A program made the position numbers and the translations under genes. A DNA stretch of 64,000 bases. Origin: Squalus acanthias (taxonomy: Eukaryota). Shown piece after piece: positions 1 to 12,152 of this stretch. The notes beneath the pieces are model-generated. The model was not told where the DNA came from and searched no databases. It was given only the letters and a program-made list of their open reading frames with translations. The stretch covers positions 66,960,001-67,024,000 of the forward strand of contig CM059429.1 of NCBI GenBank assembly GCA_030390025.1. The letters are read 5' to 3'. Within the stretch, counting starts at the first letter, position 1, and every line of letters begins with the position of its first letter.

Positions 1-436
1 TGACTGCTGCCCCACAATGACCTCATCAGTGCTAAATTAAGTTTTTTTTTAAATGCATGCTGCTAAATAGAGGTAATTCATTGAAGGTGAAACACTTAGT
101 TACATTGAAAGACACGATAAGGTGCTACATAAATGCATGATCTTTCTTTCTATTCTTTGCCCCAGGCTACGCTCCCCTTCATTCCCGTTGCAACAATTCC
201 TACTCCAGCCTGGCTAGCACATATGGTTAAGTCTGTTATATCTGCAAAGCCAAGTAGTGCTGCATGGAGTATTCTCAAATGGCATTTTTAAATCAAGCAT
301 TAACCTGCACAACATGATGCAGAAATTTCTAAAGGCAATAGTTTCTGTAATGGAAGAATCTGGTACAGTGATAGATGCACAGAAGGACACGTAGAGAGAG
401 GAGAAACTGCACTGCAAAATTACCAGCTCCACTCAC

Positions 437-539
437 CAAAAGGAATGGGGAAAGCCGTTGAGCATCTCTGGTCACAGGATCGGTTATGGCCATCACTTCA
501 AAGTAAACCTGTTCTTCTTTTGGCCGTAATTTAATAGCA
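437..539 (-). CDS. UGGT1: UGGT1 exon (last in window, 103 nt): AIKLRPKEEQVYFEVMAITDPVTRDAQRLSPFLL
   Basis: tag|...|gtgagt; SAIKLRPKE and DPVTR.AQRL.P.LL; gene continues beyond position 1. Confidence 0.95.
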
Positions 540-683
540 CTAGAAAACATCCGAGATATTGGTACACAAAGATAATTCAATCGCTGGAAATAGTTGCATT
601 AAAAAGAAATCACAATTGACTTTTAGGTGAGCAAAAAGTTAGGTCGAGCACGATGAACACCGAGTTTACTGTTTGGTGCTCAC

Positions 684-779
684 CTCAATCGTTCTTCAAA
701 GAACTGGAGGTCAATCCTTGCTTCTCCTTTGGACTTTGATGACAGTAGAGAATCCACTTTCATTACTAGATCACTAGCG
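684..779 (-). CDS. UGGT1: UGGT1 exon (96 nt): ASDLVMKVDSLLSSKSKGEARIDLQFFEERLS
   Basis: cag|...|gtgagc; ASDLVMKVD.LLS motif. Confidence 0.95.
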
Positions 780-1997
780 CTGGAGGAAAAAAGTGATTGA
801 TAGGTATAAATACCAAATGGAGGCCATGGACCATTTAATAGCCAACCTTTACTGGTCAATAAGTGGAGATCTATACCAAGAATAAAACATTATTTTATTT
901 TCTCAGAGCCTTTCACAATCATTTTAAACACTGCAAACATATAATTAAGAATAATTATCCCAATTTAGAAAAATGAAAGGCACACTATAATTGGAGATAA
1001 GCACTTGTAATTAATCATTTTGAAGGTGCCATCTATATAAACAATCAATGGGTTTTATGCAATGTGTTTTAAATGCTTTTCAGTAAAGTTCATTTGTCTT
1101 AAAATATGCAATTACAATTTGTATTAATAATATTCTGTGCAGTTAAGACAAAGCTTATACTTGGTATTTAAAAGGCAAACATTAATCAAAGCCAGTGTAA
1201 AAGTACGGTGGCTAAAAAAAAAACTAGGATGTCGTGGATAAATCAAATTTTACAACATGTAATCAGTGCAAAATACAAATTGGCTATTTTGGACAAGAGT
1301 TAACTTTGAACAAAGTCTGTGAAAAAGTCAAAAGAATACAAGCTCTGGTGAAGCCAAGGACATAGCAGAGCCACGAGAAGTTGAGGTAATCTGTTCCAAG
1401 TCATGATTAGATTGTACGACTAAATAAGAAGCCACCCTGTCATACCGGCTTCAAAAAAAAAAATCACTAAACCACCACAGCTCCATGAAATCTGATCCCA
1501 ATTTCTTATTAGGGCTACAGTTTATGATGTCAAAATTTTGCCCCATTCATTTTGTGGAACACAACACCTTCCAGAATCAACCTCCAACTTCCTTTGCTTG
1601 GCCTAGAAACAGCAGGACATGGGTATTTCCTCTCTACATCAATTACTTCTGCATTGCAATTTATCTCGTCCTCGGATTTCAGTACATGAAAATAATCACA
1701 TCTGCTGGTGCTAGCTACTGTCAAATTACTCACTATTCCTCCAGCAGTGTGGTTAATTGATAGTTCACTTCAATGATCTCGGACATCATGCCATTTGAAT
1801 GACCTTTTTTCCCACCAGATACAGTTGATTGTATTTTGTGAACTATGTATGTTGTGTCTCATTCACCCACTGATACCTTTGTATGGCTTAATACTATGCT
1901 CTGCACACTGCTCTGTCGTGCCTTTGGAATGTTTTAAAAATGAGCAATATTCCTAAATGGCTGCTTGCAGTAGAATTATACTGTATTGCAACTCCAG

Positions 1998-3319
1998 TAC
2001 AAAATTAACAGTCACTTGGACAAGTGTGGATTAATTAAGGAAAGCCAGCACGGATTTTTTAAAGGCAAATCGTGTTTAACTAACCTGATTGAGTTTTTTG
2101 ATGAGGTAACAGAGAGGGTTGATGAGGGCAATGTGGTTGATGTGGTGTACATGGATTTCCAAAAGGCATTTGATAAAGTGCCACATAATAGGCTTGCCAG
2201 CAAAGTTGAAGCCCATGGAATAAAAGGGACAGTGACAGCATGGATACAAAATTGGCTAAGTGACAGGAAACAGAGAGTAGTGGTGAACGGTTGTTTATTG
2301 GACTGGAGGAAGGTATACAGTGGTGTTCCCCAGGGGTTGGTTCTAGGATCACTGCTTTCATGATATATATTAATGACTTGGATTTGGATGTACAGGGCAC
2401 AATTTCAAAATTTGCAGATGACACAAAACTTGGAAGTGTAGTGAATAGTGAGAAGGATAGTGATAGACTTCAAGAGGACAGAGACAGGCTGGTAGGATGG
2501 GCGGACACGTGGCAGATGAAATTTAATGCAGAAAAGTGTGAAGTGATACATTTTGGTAGGAAGAACAAGGAGAGGCAATATAAAGTAAAGGGTACAATTC
2601 TAAAGGGGGTACATGAACAGAGAGACCTGGGGGTATATGTGCACAAATCATTGAAGGTGGCAGGGCAGGTTGAGAAAGTGGTTAAAAAAGCATACAGGAT
2701 CCATAAATAGAGGCATTGAGTACAAAAGCAAGAAAGTTATGATGAACCTTTATAAAACATTGGTTCAGCCTCAACTGGAGTATTGTGTCCAATTCTGAGC
2801 ACCGCACTTTAGGAAGGATGTGAAGGTCTTGGAGAGAGTGCAGAAAAGATTTACGAGAATGATTCCAGGGACTTCAGTTACGTGGATAGACTGGAGAAGC
2901 TGGGGTTGTTCTCCTTAGAGCAGAGAAGGTCGAGAGGAGATTTTATAGAGGTGTTCAAAATCATGAGGGGTATAGACAGAGCAGATAGAGAGAAACTGTT
3001 CTAATTGGCAGAAGGGTCGAGAACCAGAGGACACAGATTTAAGGTGATTGGCAGAAGAAACAAAGGCGACATGAGGAAAACCTTTTTTACGCAGCGAGTG
3101 GTTAGGATCTGGAATGCACTGCCTGAAAGGGTGGTGGAGGCAGATTCAATTGTGGCTTTCAAAAGGGAATTGGATAAGTACCTGAAGGAAAAAAAATTTG
3201 CAGGGCTACGGGGAAAAGGCGGGGGAGTGGGACTAGCTGAAGCGCTCTTGCAGAGAGCTGGTAGGAGCTCGACCAGCCAAATGGCCTCCTTCTGTGCTGT
3301 AACCATTCTATGATTCTAT
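1998..3319 (+). mobile_element. CR1-type LINE, 5'-truncated and frameshifted (RT 3' half)
   Basis: SQHGF..GKSCLTNL, YMDFQKAFDKVPH, SGVPQG, KFADDTK, FFTQRVVRIWN; 3' tail attctatgattctat. Confidence 0.95.
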
Positions 3320-4323
3320 TGGAACATTAGACAGCAATGCTCGGGAGAGCACAATTATACATCTGTAAAAAATCTGTAAAAAGTCTGTCTCACTTTCTTC
3401 TTTATTTGTTTCCATTTCTCCTCTACTTCGATTCATCTCACCTTCACTTGCCTTTCCCCTCTATCTATTCCTCCATTTCTCTCTCGTCTACTTCTTACTT
3501 GCTCAGCTTCTTCACTCCTCAATTTTTAGCTTGCCTCCACTTGAGCCTCTTTGGATTCTTAGCCTTCCTTCATTCCTCACTTTCTTTTGCTCTGCCCCCA
3601 CTGGAAAGCACGCAAGAGAGGGTCAGTCAGCTGGCAAGCACTCAGAAGTGGACACCTTCACAACCCTGCTTGCCTCACCCTCCTCAGACCTCAAAGTCCT
3701 CCTTCACCTGTGGTTTCTGCATCAGCTGTTATTTTTGTTTCCTCTACTGTAGTTGCCAACTATAGTTGCGACTTTGGGTGGGTCAAGGCAGATGAGATTG
3801 CTGATGACTGCAGGCAGGCCACTGAAGGTGCCGGGGAAGTCAGAACTTTAGTAGAGAAGGTAAGTGGAGCCAACTTACAGTGGTGGAGACTTGCAATGAT
3901 TGACATGGACTGCAGCCAATATGTAGCTTATAATAATTTGCTGATCATCAGCCCAGGCAGATTTAAATATATATCCTTTAATCTGTTGCCAACATACCCC
4001 TGGAACAAACCAAAACTAATGAAACTATACATATTTATGTCCTCTCATTTTATTTGATGTTCTGCTGCATTGATTCCGAATGTGATTTGTAATAGATATA
4101 ATATAAAGTAAATTAATTTATAAGTAGCTGCGTGAAGTTCTGTTAAACGTGTAATTCACTGATGACAAGCCTCACAACGACATCTCTCAGCAAGTGGAGG
4201 ATGGAAATTAACACTTCAATTCAAATTTGTACACTGACAGATTTTAAATTTTAAAAATACTTTGAAATGATCTTGGCTGAAACAAATACAAAATAGCTAT
4301 TTTAAATCATTAAAATCACTCAC

Positions 4324-4451
4324 AGATCTTCTTCAATGGCCAGCATTTGGATCTTGATTTTGATCTTCTCTGCTGCCTCAATAGCAATACTCTCCAGCAG
4401 GTGGAAGTCATTCTGATTGAAAATTTCATTTTCTTCCAGTGGGCCAACAAT
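4324..4451 (-). CDS. UGGT1: UGGT1 exon (128 nt): IVGPLEENEIFNQNDFHLLESIAIEAAEKIKIKIQMLAIEEDL
   Basis: tag|...|gtgagt; GPL....FNQ.DFHLLE motif. Confidence 0.95.
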
Positions 4452-4588
4452 CTACCAGAGTTAAAAAGTTACAAGTCTGTTACTATTTCAGACATTCACT
4501 GGATATTGACCATTGACATCCTTGAGATACAAGTTCCCACCTGTTAGGAGTGGTAAGAAACCATATTCAGAACTCTTCTCCCCTGAGA

Positions 4589-4669
4589 ATTACAATTTCT
4601 TCTTCTCTCTCCAGTCCTGAAGAGCTGACTATGATCTTCAGGACTGGAGAGAGGAATAGAAACTATAAT
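4589..4669. repeat. Intronic inverted repeat / hairpin (~35-bp arms, 11-nt loop)
   Basis: ctctctccagtcctgaaga (4605-4623) is the exact reverse complement of tcttcaggactggagagag (4635-4653); imperfect extension outward. Confidence 0.85.
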
Positions 4670-5659
4670 AATTGACTACACCTAAAAGTTGATAAAGGAT
4701 TCCTTTCGGCCAATTTCCACCATAGTACTGAGGAGTATAACTTAAGTTACCTTAATGATGCCACACTGGATTCAACAGGATGTGTTGCAGGTGTCTGGTA
4801 CGAAACAAGTTAAAAATCAATAATGCTATGCTTAAGCGGTAGGCAGAAATTAAAATATTTTCCAGGTATTTCTTTTTCATGCTGCAGAGAAGCTCGCCCT
4901 TCCAATGCATTTGACATTTTCTTTCAGGCTAGGTATGAATACTGTCCTGAATGCACTCAATCAGTGCAGCAAATGGGATGAACTTTATGAACAAAAACAT
5001 GCAACTGTATTGGGCATAGTTAAACTGTATTTGGTAAGTAAATAGAAAGGATATGGCACCAACATTTTCAATCTTGAACATTGGCCTCACACGTCATTGT
5101 GTGTAATGCTACGCTTTAATCTCAGTGCCCTTTAATAATCATTTATGTTCCTGTCTTGGATAATTTGTTTTTCTTTCAGTTTTCCACGTAAAATCACAGG
5201 ATAAAAAAAAATAGTAATTACTTTCATTTTTTCTGTTCCAACTTCTATTAATCCTTGCTTCCTTTTCTCTTTTTATCAATCCTTGTTTACCTTTTCCACC
5301 TTACTTTAATTTTCTTTTAAATTCTTTGTAATATACTTTGCTCCTTTATTTTTTATTTTATTTATTGATTTCTGGTTTCTACTTGTTGCACTTGAGACCT
5401 TTCTCTCCATAAAACAATGATTAATACACTCTTCGCCGTTCTGAGCAGAGCTTTGAGTTTAGTATTACAGACAGACATTGTTGATTTGGATGATTTATGC
5501 CCTTTGCACACCTGAATTTCTTTCAAGAGTTGGTTTCTATTGCAATTAGCAGGGCCAATTTTAAGGATTACTAAAATATCTCTGGTGCAAACTCTCATCA
5601 CATTTGTATTTTACATGCTGTAAGTAACACAGACACAGCATGTACACTCTAACTGCATA

Positions 5660-5752
5660 AAAACAGAAAATGTTGGAAATACACAGCAGGTCAGTCAGCA
5701 TGTGAACAGAGAATTCAGATTCACAATTTGGGTGCAGCCCCTTCATCAGCAC
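5660..5752 (-). mobile_element. Degenerate Penelope-derived pLTR fragment
   Basis: Reverse complement has ctgatgaagggg...gacctgctgtgtatttccaacattttctgtttt, like the other copies; hammerhead GAAA lost. Confidence 0.6.
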
Positions 5753-6112
5753 TAACTGCATGGCAGCCTTCAGATCTCAGATGAGGACTCAACGTGAACT
5801 TTCTTCAGCAGGCAAGCCAAATTCTAGCTTCTCTTGAGCAAATGTCTACTTTAGCTACTGTAAGGGTTAATGTAAGATGGAAAAATATGGTGTAGCTTCA
5901 GAATAGGGTGGAGGCTAGGATAGAATAGAACATTTAGTACAAAATGAGAGATTGTGGGTGGCAGATCAGGGCAAACTAGATTAGTGCAAACAAACAACGT
6001 GTGAAATTGTAGAAATTAGGGGTAAACCTGGAGGAGACGGATACTCAACTCCAGACAAACCACCGAGAAGGTCGTTCTCTGCAACTCCAGATGGGTATCC
6101 CACTTGTGAGTA

Positions 6113-6557
6113 CAGGAAACTCTTTCGTATCCGGCACCCACGGGACCGGGATGGTGCCGGTTGATTAAAAATTCCGGATAACGAAGAAGGGACATGGAGT
6201 GACAATGGCCCAAGGTACAAGAGCCCCGGTCACACAGCCACAAGTGCTGGAGCCCCGATCACACGGCCACAAGTGCTGGAGCCCCGATCACACAGCCACA
6301 AGTGCTGGAGCCCCGGTCACACAGCCACAAGTGCTGGAGCCCCGATCACACGGCCACAGTGCTGGAGCCCCGTTCCACAGGTACAGGGGACCTGGTTACA
6401 CAACCAGAGGTGCAGGAGCCATGGTTACACGGCAAAAGGTACGAGAACCCCAGTTAGACAGCCACAAATATACAGAAGCCTCAAAACCTACTCCAGAATT
6501 TTGCCGGTTATTAGAGAATTCCGGATAATTTGGTGCCGTTTAAACGAGAGTTTCCTG
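6113..6557. mobile_element. pogo/Tigger-like (Tc1/mariner superfamily) MITE with TA TSD
   Basis: TA|caggaaactctttcgtatccggcacc ... ggtgccgtttaaacgagagtttcctg|TA imperfect TIRs. Confidence 0.8.
6221..6371. repeat. 29-bp minisatellite, ~5 copies, inside the MITE
   Basis: Unit gagccccg(g/a)tcacac(a/g)gccacaagtgctg, then degenerate copies. Confidence 0.92.
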
Positions 6558-6736
6558 TATCTAGTTAATATTCACTGGTGTCTGCTTACTTGATTGCCTA
6601 ATAAAGATCCAATTTGACTCATTCTAGTCTCCGACCTTCATCTGGACTTTTAGTCCAGCAGTTACTTGCATGGCTCTGATGGAATATGCCAGAAATCTGG
6701 TGGGTATGGTGATCCAATGGTAATGGCTGGGGAAGT

Positions 6737-6760
6737 ATATATATATATATATATATATAT
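6737..6760. repeat. (TA)n microsatellite
   Basis: direct observation. Confidence 0.95.
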
Positions 6761-7607
6761 TTTATAATGACTTGCTGTGAAAGACACTGGTGCCATAGGT
6801 TAGTGTACCTGCTGGTACGAGACAGGATTGCTTTGCTAAAGTTGCAAATATCAGCATTAGACAAATAGTGCACCTGGACATTGACCCCTTCTAATTAGAT
6901 ATTTTGAGCTATACTAATACTGTAATAATCCATCTACGTAAAGACATCTGGTCTGATTATAATGGTCAAGTTATATATTTTGTAAAAATTAATACTTTTA
7001 CACTCATTGAGAAACAAGTGAATATGCAATTTATTAGCAAACCTTTTTCACTTACTCATCTATTCTAATTGATCATCATTTTCCTATTGCTTGAATTTAA
7101 CATAAAATGTCTGTGATGCTCAAATAAGATTGTTTTCAAACCAGGCCAATGCAGCAGTCTAAAGATCACAACACGGCAGCTAACCAAAAGATGATTGCTC
7201 ATTCATGATGTTCCACCCAAGTACATTGCTCGTGTTTGAAGAACTTGCTTCAGTTTAGAGTCAACTGGTTCAAATTTCTGCTTCAAGAGCCTATTTATTG
7301 CACTGCTGAAATACACTCCTCTAAACAGAAATATAAACCAGTGAGCAATTTCGCCAAGCAGAAGCAATGTGCGTGGTTGGAGCATCACCGCTAACTGATC
7401 AGCTGTTCAGTCAACTGCATTGCTGCATTCTTGGTTCTTGGGGCAGAAGGGAGGAGTCAGAGGTGATCAGTATTAATGACCCAACTGAACTGCACCGTCA
7501 TCATTTTAAATGGACTACTGATAGTTGAGCCATCATGCCTAATTCACTTCAAAGGCCTATGCAATTCATTTAAATGATCTGCATAAACAGGGAGAATAAG
7601 AAAAAAA

Positions 7608-7737
7608 GATGAAAGGTCATCGGCCTGAAATGTTAACTCTGTTTCTCTCTCCATAGATGCTGCCTGACCTGCTGAGTAGTTCCAGCATTTTTTGTTTTTA
7701 TTTCAGATTTCCAGCATCCGCAGTATTTTGCTTTTGT
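7608..7737 (+). mobile_element. Short Penelope-derived pLTR insertion with 5'-truncated hammerhead
   Basis: gatgaaaggtcatcggcctgaaatgttaac...; flanked by direct repeat ataagaaaaaaa (7596-7607 / 7738-7749); an older copy follows at ~7767-7860. Confidence 0.75.
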
Positions 7738-8214
7738 ATAAGAAAAAAAAAGTGTTTCAGTTTTCAGTTCTGACGAAGGGTTCCACTGGAAAAGGTAACC
7801 TGCCTTTTCTCTGTACAGATGCTGATGGACCTGCTGTGCATTTCCAACCATTTTCGTTGTTTCACTAAGGAAATGATTTGTGCACTAGATTTCATTCATT
7901 TAAGTGGGATCATAACTTATTCGATAGTTGTTTACATGAGCTCCACTGTGGTTATAAAATACTTAACATAAAATAATACATTATTCTGGTCAGCCACTTG
8001 CATCAGTGACTGGGAACAGGACCTGGGAAAGAACAGAGATAGAAGCTTTATATTGGGTTAAGTGCCACGCTGGTTCTGACAGCTCCTGATGTGCAAGTCT
8101 TGCACAGCAGTTGGCAGCCCCCAAAGTAAACTTTCCAGATTCACAAAGTCGAGGCGTTGGGACGACTCATCAGGTCAGTGATCATAATTTTCTTTTAGTG
8201 ACCACAATATTTCA

Positions 8215-9130
8215 ACAACTTACATTTATGGAGTGTAGGAAGACATCTCAGAGCGCTGTTCAAAAAGGAGGAAAGTGAACACAGAGCTCAGGGAACAAGG
8301 AGAAACATGGAGAGTTAGGACAGGGAGTTGAAAGCATGATTGAAGAGGGGGATTTTGAAAGCAGGGAGTGAGGTGGCAAGGCAAAAAAAATTGGGTAGAG
8401 ATTTCCAGAGGACAGGAGTGTGATGCTTGAATGATTGTTCACCAATGGTGCAGCAGAGTGGGTGAGGAATAGTGCATTGTTAAGAGATGCAGAGGGCGTG
8501 TGGAGGGACGCAAGGCAGGAGGAGATCACTAAGGTAGGCCACGTGGCGAGGCCATGGCATAATCTGAAAACAAGGACAAGAATTCTGTACTTGGCACAAT
8601 GCGGACAGGGAACCACTGGAACTTTGAGCGAATGGGGATAATAGGAGTGCAGGATTTAATGTAGATGAGAATACAGACTGCAGCGTGTTTGATGAGTTGA
8701 ACTTTGTGAGAAAGGTGTCAGAGTTGAAGCACTCAAGCCCTAAAGTGATGAAGGCAAGAATGAGGGTTTTGGCAACGGAAGGGGATAGGTAGGACTGGAG
8801 GCAGAAAGCGGCTGTTTTGATACCAGAATGAATGTTGGGGAAGAAGCCAAGTTCAGGTTTGAGCAGGACACCAAGCTTACGCTCTTCTTAACTCCGGTCA
8901 GATAGCAGCCTGGGAGATTGACGGAATTGAGGCTGGAGGCGCTGCTGGAGAAAAAGTATTGTCCCAGTCTGGCAGACATTCAGGTGGAAAAAGTTTTGCT
9001 CATCAAGGTCTTAATATCAAACAGGCAATTTGAGAGCTACATCTGGGTCAATGGTGTGCTAAGTGAGGTAGAGCCTGATTGGCATGATCTTGATGATCCA
9101 TTATTTAAAATGTTAAGCACAGATGTAGTA
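8215..9130 (-). mobile_element. Old L2-like LINE remnant
   Basis: Purine-rich antisense 3' region typical of L2; no intact ORF; recognised by resemblance only. Confidence 0.5.
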
Positions 9131-9244
9131 TCGTCTGCACACCAAGGACAGACACCAAATCGTCAAGTGCCAAAAAGAATCTGAACTTGTCTGACTTGAC
9201 CATGCAGTGGCTTTCTTCACAACTGAAACCAACAAAATACTTAC

Positions 9245-9376
9245 TCGTCCATTGCTGATGATGGCCCTCTGCCCTCTCTTCAATTTCACTACATCCTTGC
9301 AGAAAGAACTATGTGACAAAATGAAATCCAGATCGAGACTCTCAAACATCTTTTTGAAGCCAGCATTGTCCATACC
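9245..9376 (-). CDS. UGGT1: UGGT1 exon (132 nt): GMDNAGFKKMFESLDLDFILSHSSFCKDVVKLKRGQRAIISNGR
   Basis: tag|...|gtaagt; DFILSH..FC.DV.KL..GQRA.ISNGR. Confidence 0.96.
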
Positions 9377-10314
9377 CTACAGAAGGGAGAGAAACAGGTC
9401 AAACAAAGCACTGGTGAAAAGTAAATTTAAAGAAAGGATAAACACAAGGTGTTAAATTATTGATCTTCCATGCTTCATTGAACACTGAAGTTATTTTAAG
9501 TAGTTATTTCCACAAAAAAAATATCACTAATAGGTCCTCTGACACAGATAGTTTAGATAATGGAATGCATGTTCCATGCATATTACATGTACTCAGCTGA
9601 TGTCACCACTTTGAAATCCCTGTACTGGTCTTTTGATAATTTATCGAAGGGCAAGTTTCAGACCTGTATGGGTGAGGTCAGATTAAGAGACTTGTGAAGA
9701 GGTTCGGAGACCTCTTGGATGAGAAGCTCGGCGGTTTTCCAATGTCTTTTATTCTCATTTTCTCTGTTATTCTCAACCTTTCATGTGCTGTGCTCGTTCA
9801 GCACCTAATTTCTCTCTGCTGCTTTCTTCCCTTTCTCTTTTTCTGTTATTCACTCCCTGTGTTTGTGAATGTCTTCCTTTCTCTTAGCATTTATCTCCCT
9901 ATTACGCTCTCACCGGCCCCATGTTTTCTTTACTACTTCAGGGGTCTCAGACAACGGCATGCTTTTGTATTAGTGATCTGTAACTGCATCTACCTCCAGA
10001 TATCTCTCAACTGAACTAGCATCAGTTCTAGAAGTAGTGAGTGGCAATGCAGGCAGCAGCCAGAACTGGTCTCAAATGGACAGCTGAGAGCACGTGATCT
10101 GCAGAATGCAGAGCAGCCAGAGTTGCCAACAAAGGGTGGGGCGTTTGAACTGTCAGACTGCAAATGCCTTTAGTCTACTACATATATGTTCTTCACATTA
10201 GGGCTAGGCTGGGACGAGCTCTGCAACACAGAAACATAATTGGGATCACACTGAGGGAGTAATTACAGCGAATAACTTAGGAATCTGTAATTGACAATGT
10301 TGATAAGACACAAG

Positions 10315-11087
10315 GGGGGAAAAATTCAGCTGCTTGCGCCTCCCGTTAGCGCCTTAAGAGGGCGCTAATGGGGCGTAAAGCAGCTAACGCCCGGGCGCAG
10401 CGCCGCCCACGCCTCCCGAAAAATTTAGTGGGAGGTTAGCGGCGGCGGCAGCCGGTAGCGCCCTGTGGCGCTGCGCCGCCGGCGATGACGTCATCGCCGT
10501 GCGCAGCGCCCCGCTCGCGCCCCGGCCGTGATCTTCAGTCGCGCCCCCTGATTTACCGCCAGACGCTATGTCCGACGGGTTCAGGGGGGCGTACGTGCGG
10601 CCGGGGCGGCGATATTTAAAGGGGAGGTGGCAGGCGGCCATTTTTGTTGCTGGCCGCCTGCCAGCACCTGCCCCCGTTGCTGTCCCCGGCCCCCGTGAAG
10701 CCCCCCCAGCGTGAAGTGCCGGCTGCGCTCCAAGAGCCCGGCACTTCTCTTGAGTGCCGGGCTCTTTTGCCGGCACTCCCGATCCCTGGGAGCCCAGCTG
10801 GGCCCCGGTTCGCGCTGCGCAAGGCCCCTCCCCTTTAAGAAGGGGAGGAAGGCCTGCAATACCGCGGCGCGACGTGCCGCAGCGCGTGGCGCTGCGGCAC
10901 GTAGCGCCAGGATATTCACTCGCAGCGCCCCAAGAGGGATGCGGGGTGCTTCCAGTTGCGCCCCGCTTCCCTCTTGGGGCGCAACCACTGAAGTTCCGGC
11001 GCGGGGCCGCTAATTTTTTCGGGGCGCTAAAAGTCGCGCCCCGGCGAGGTTAGCGCCCCAAATGGGGCGCGACTCAATTTTTACCCC
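10315..11087. mobile_element. GC/CpG-rich non-autonomous DNA transposon (PIF/Harbinger-like MITE)
   Basis: TIR gggggaaaaatt / aatttttacccc, 3-bp duplication aag on both sides; related copy at 48704-49601. Confidence 0.8.
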
Positions 11088-11945
11088 AAGATTTCTAATA
11101 TATGTCATGTTTTGAAAATTAACTCCAACAAGCATGTACATTTTTTACAGAATAAGAAAGCTGATCAGTTCTCAAATAAAAGGATTTACAGCAAAATCAT
11201 GTTGTACTGTGCACGATATACTGGGATCGGCAAACATTACTAACTTCTGGATGCCAGTATTAATTAAACTTGTTTCTGGTTTAGTTAATTCTGGTATTCT
11301 GTCCTATTCCATTTTTCTGTCACAGAATGGGATTCCAGCATTAACTAAACCAGGAACAAAAGTACTACTTCATTATATGTTTTTGTCAAACGCATGCATA
11401 ATCAGAGGTGCACCTATCATACATTGATCATATTACATTCTTTAAAAGTTCATACCATCTCAAAGTAACGAATGCCCGCATAACCTGGATCTGATGGCCA
11501 AGTTAGCATTAAAGTTGCATTATAAACTTCACAGTTCAATGAAAGTTAAAAACTGGTGATAATCTTAAATTGTGGGATTTAGCAGCATCTCCAAAGGCAG
11601 TGCTGCCTGTCCCTCACAGCTAAATGGTGCACTCCAATTCTGTGCAATTCAGCAATGGAAGGCCTGTAGGAACATGGCAGCACCGCAGTAAAACAACACA
11701 CTCAGAGTAAACTGGCTCTCTACAGGGAGAGCCACACCCAGGTGTCAGCTGCTGTCAACTGAGCAATATAAATGGGCAATTTTACTCCTGCAGTGCAGTT
11801 ACAGCTCATAGAATGTCCCTATTTTTAAACCACAAAACAGTTTCTCTCACAAAATCAAGCATCCGGCAGCACATTGTCAACATTTTCTGTTCACGTTGTT
11901 CAGGCAATGCTAACCTGATACACACTAGCGAGAAACATCACTTAC

Positions 11946-12152
11946 TCCAACAGCAAATTCCATGATGTCTGCCCCCTCAGCCAATGCCTTTGCAGTCTCT
12001 TCCTTTGCCAGTTTAGTGATGAAGTTCTTGGCATTGTTAACATTTTGTGTGTTAAGCGTGGCCCAGATGGCTCTAGCAATAACCGTGTTCTCTTTGGTGG
12101 GTTCGCTGCTTGGATTGTTTATCAGGCCGATCCTCAAGTTATTGCTGGATTT
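11946..12152 (-). CDS. UGGT1: UGGT1 exon (207 nt): KSSNNLRIGLINNP...NNAKNFITKLAKEETAKALAEGADIMEFAVG
   Basis: cag|...|gtaagt; RAIWA and AKNFITK motifs. Confidence 0.96.

Larger units (their letters stand above)
5859..6665 (+). mobile_element. Possible solo LTR interrupted by a MITE
   Basis: Starts TGTAAG, AATAAA at ~6600 near the putative end; no clean CA end or TSD found. Confidence 0.3.

Noticed and set aside
214-320. Possible further UGGT1 exon after the tgcag acceptor-like site at ~305
   Set aside because: The required frame hits TGA after three codons and does not resemble the expected next UGGT peptide; the next exon is probably outside the window.
6221-6371. CRISPR-like array of 29-bp repeats
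   Set aside because: Repeats are directly tandem with no unique spacers, and the context is eukaryotic with no cas genes.
10384-11053. Overlapping ORFs on both strands
   Set aside because: These arise from stop-codon depletion in a GC-rich MITE; no recognisable domain.
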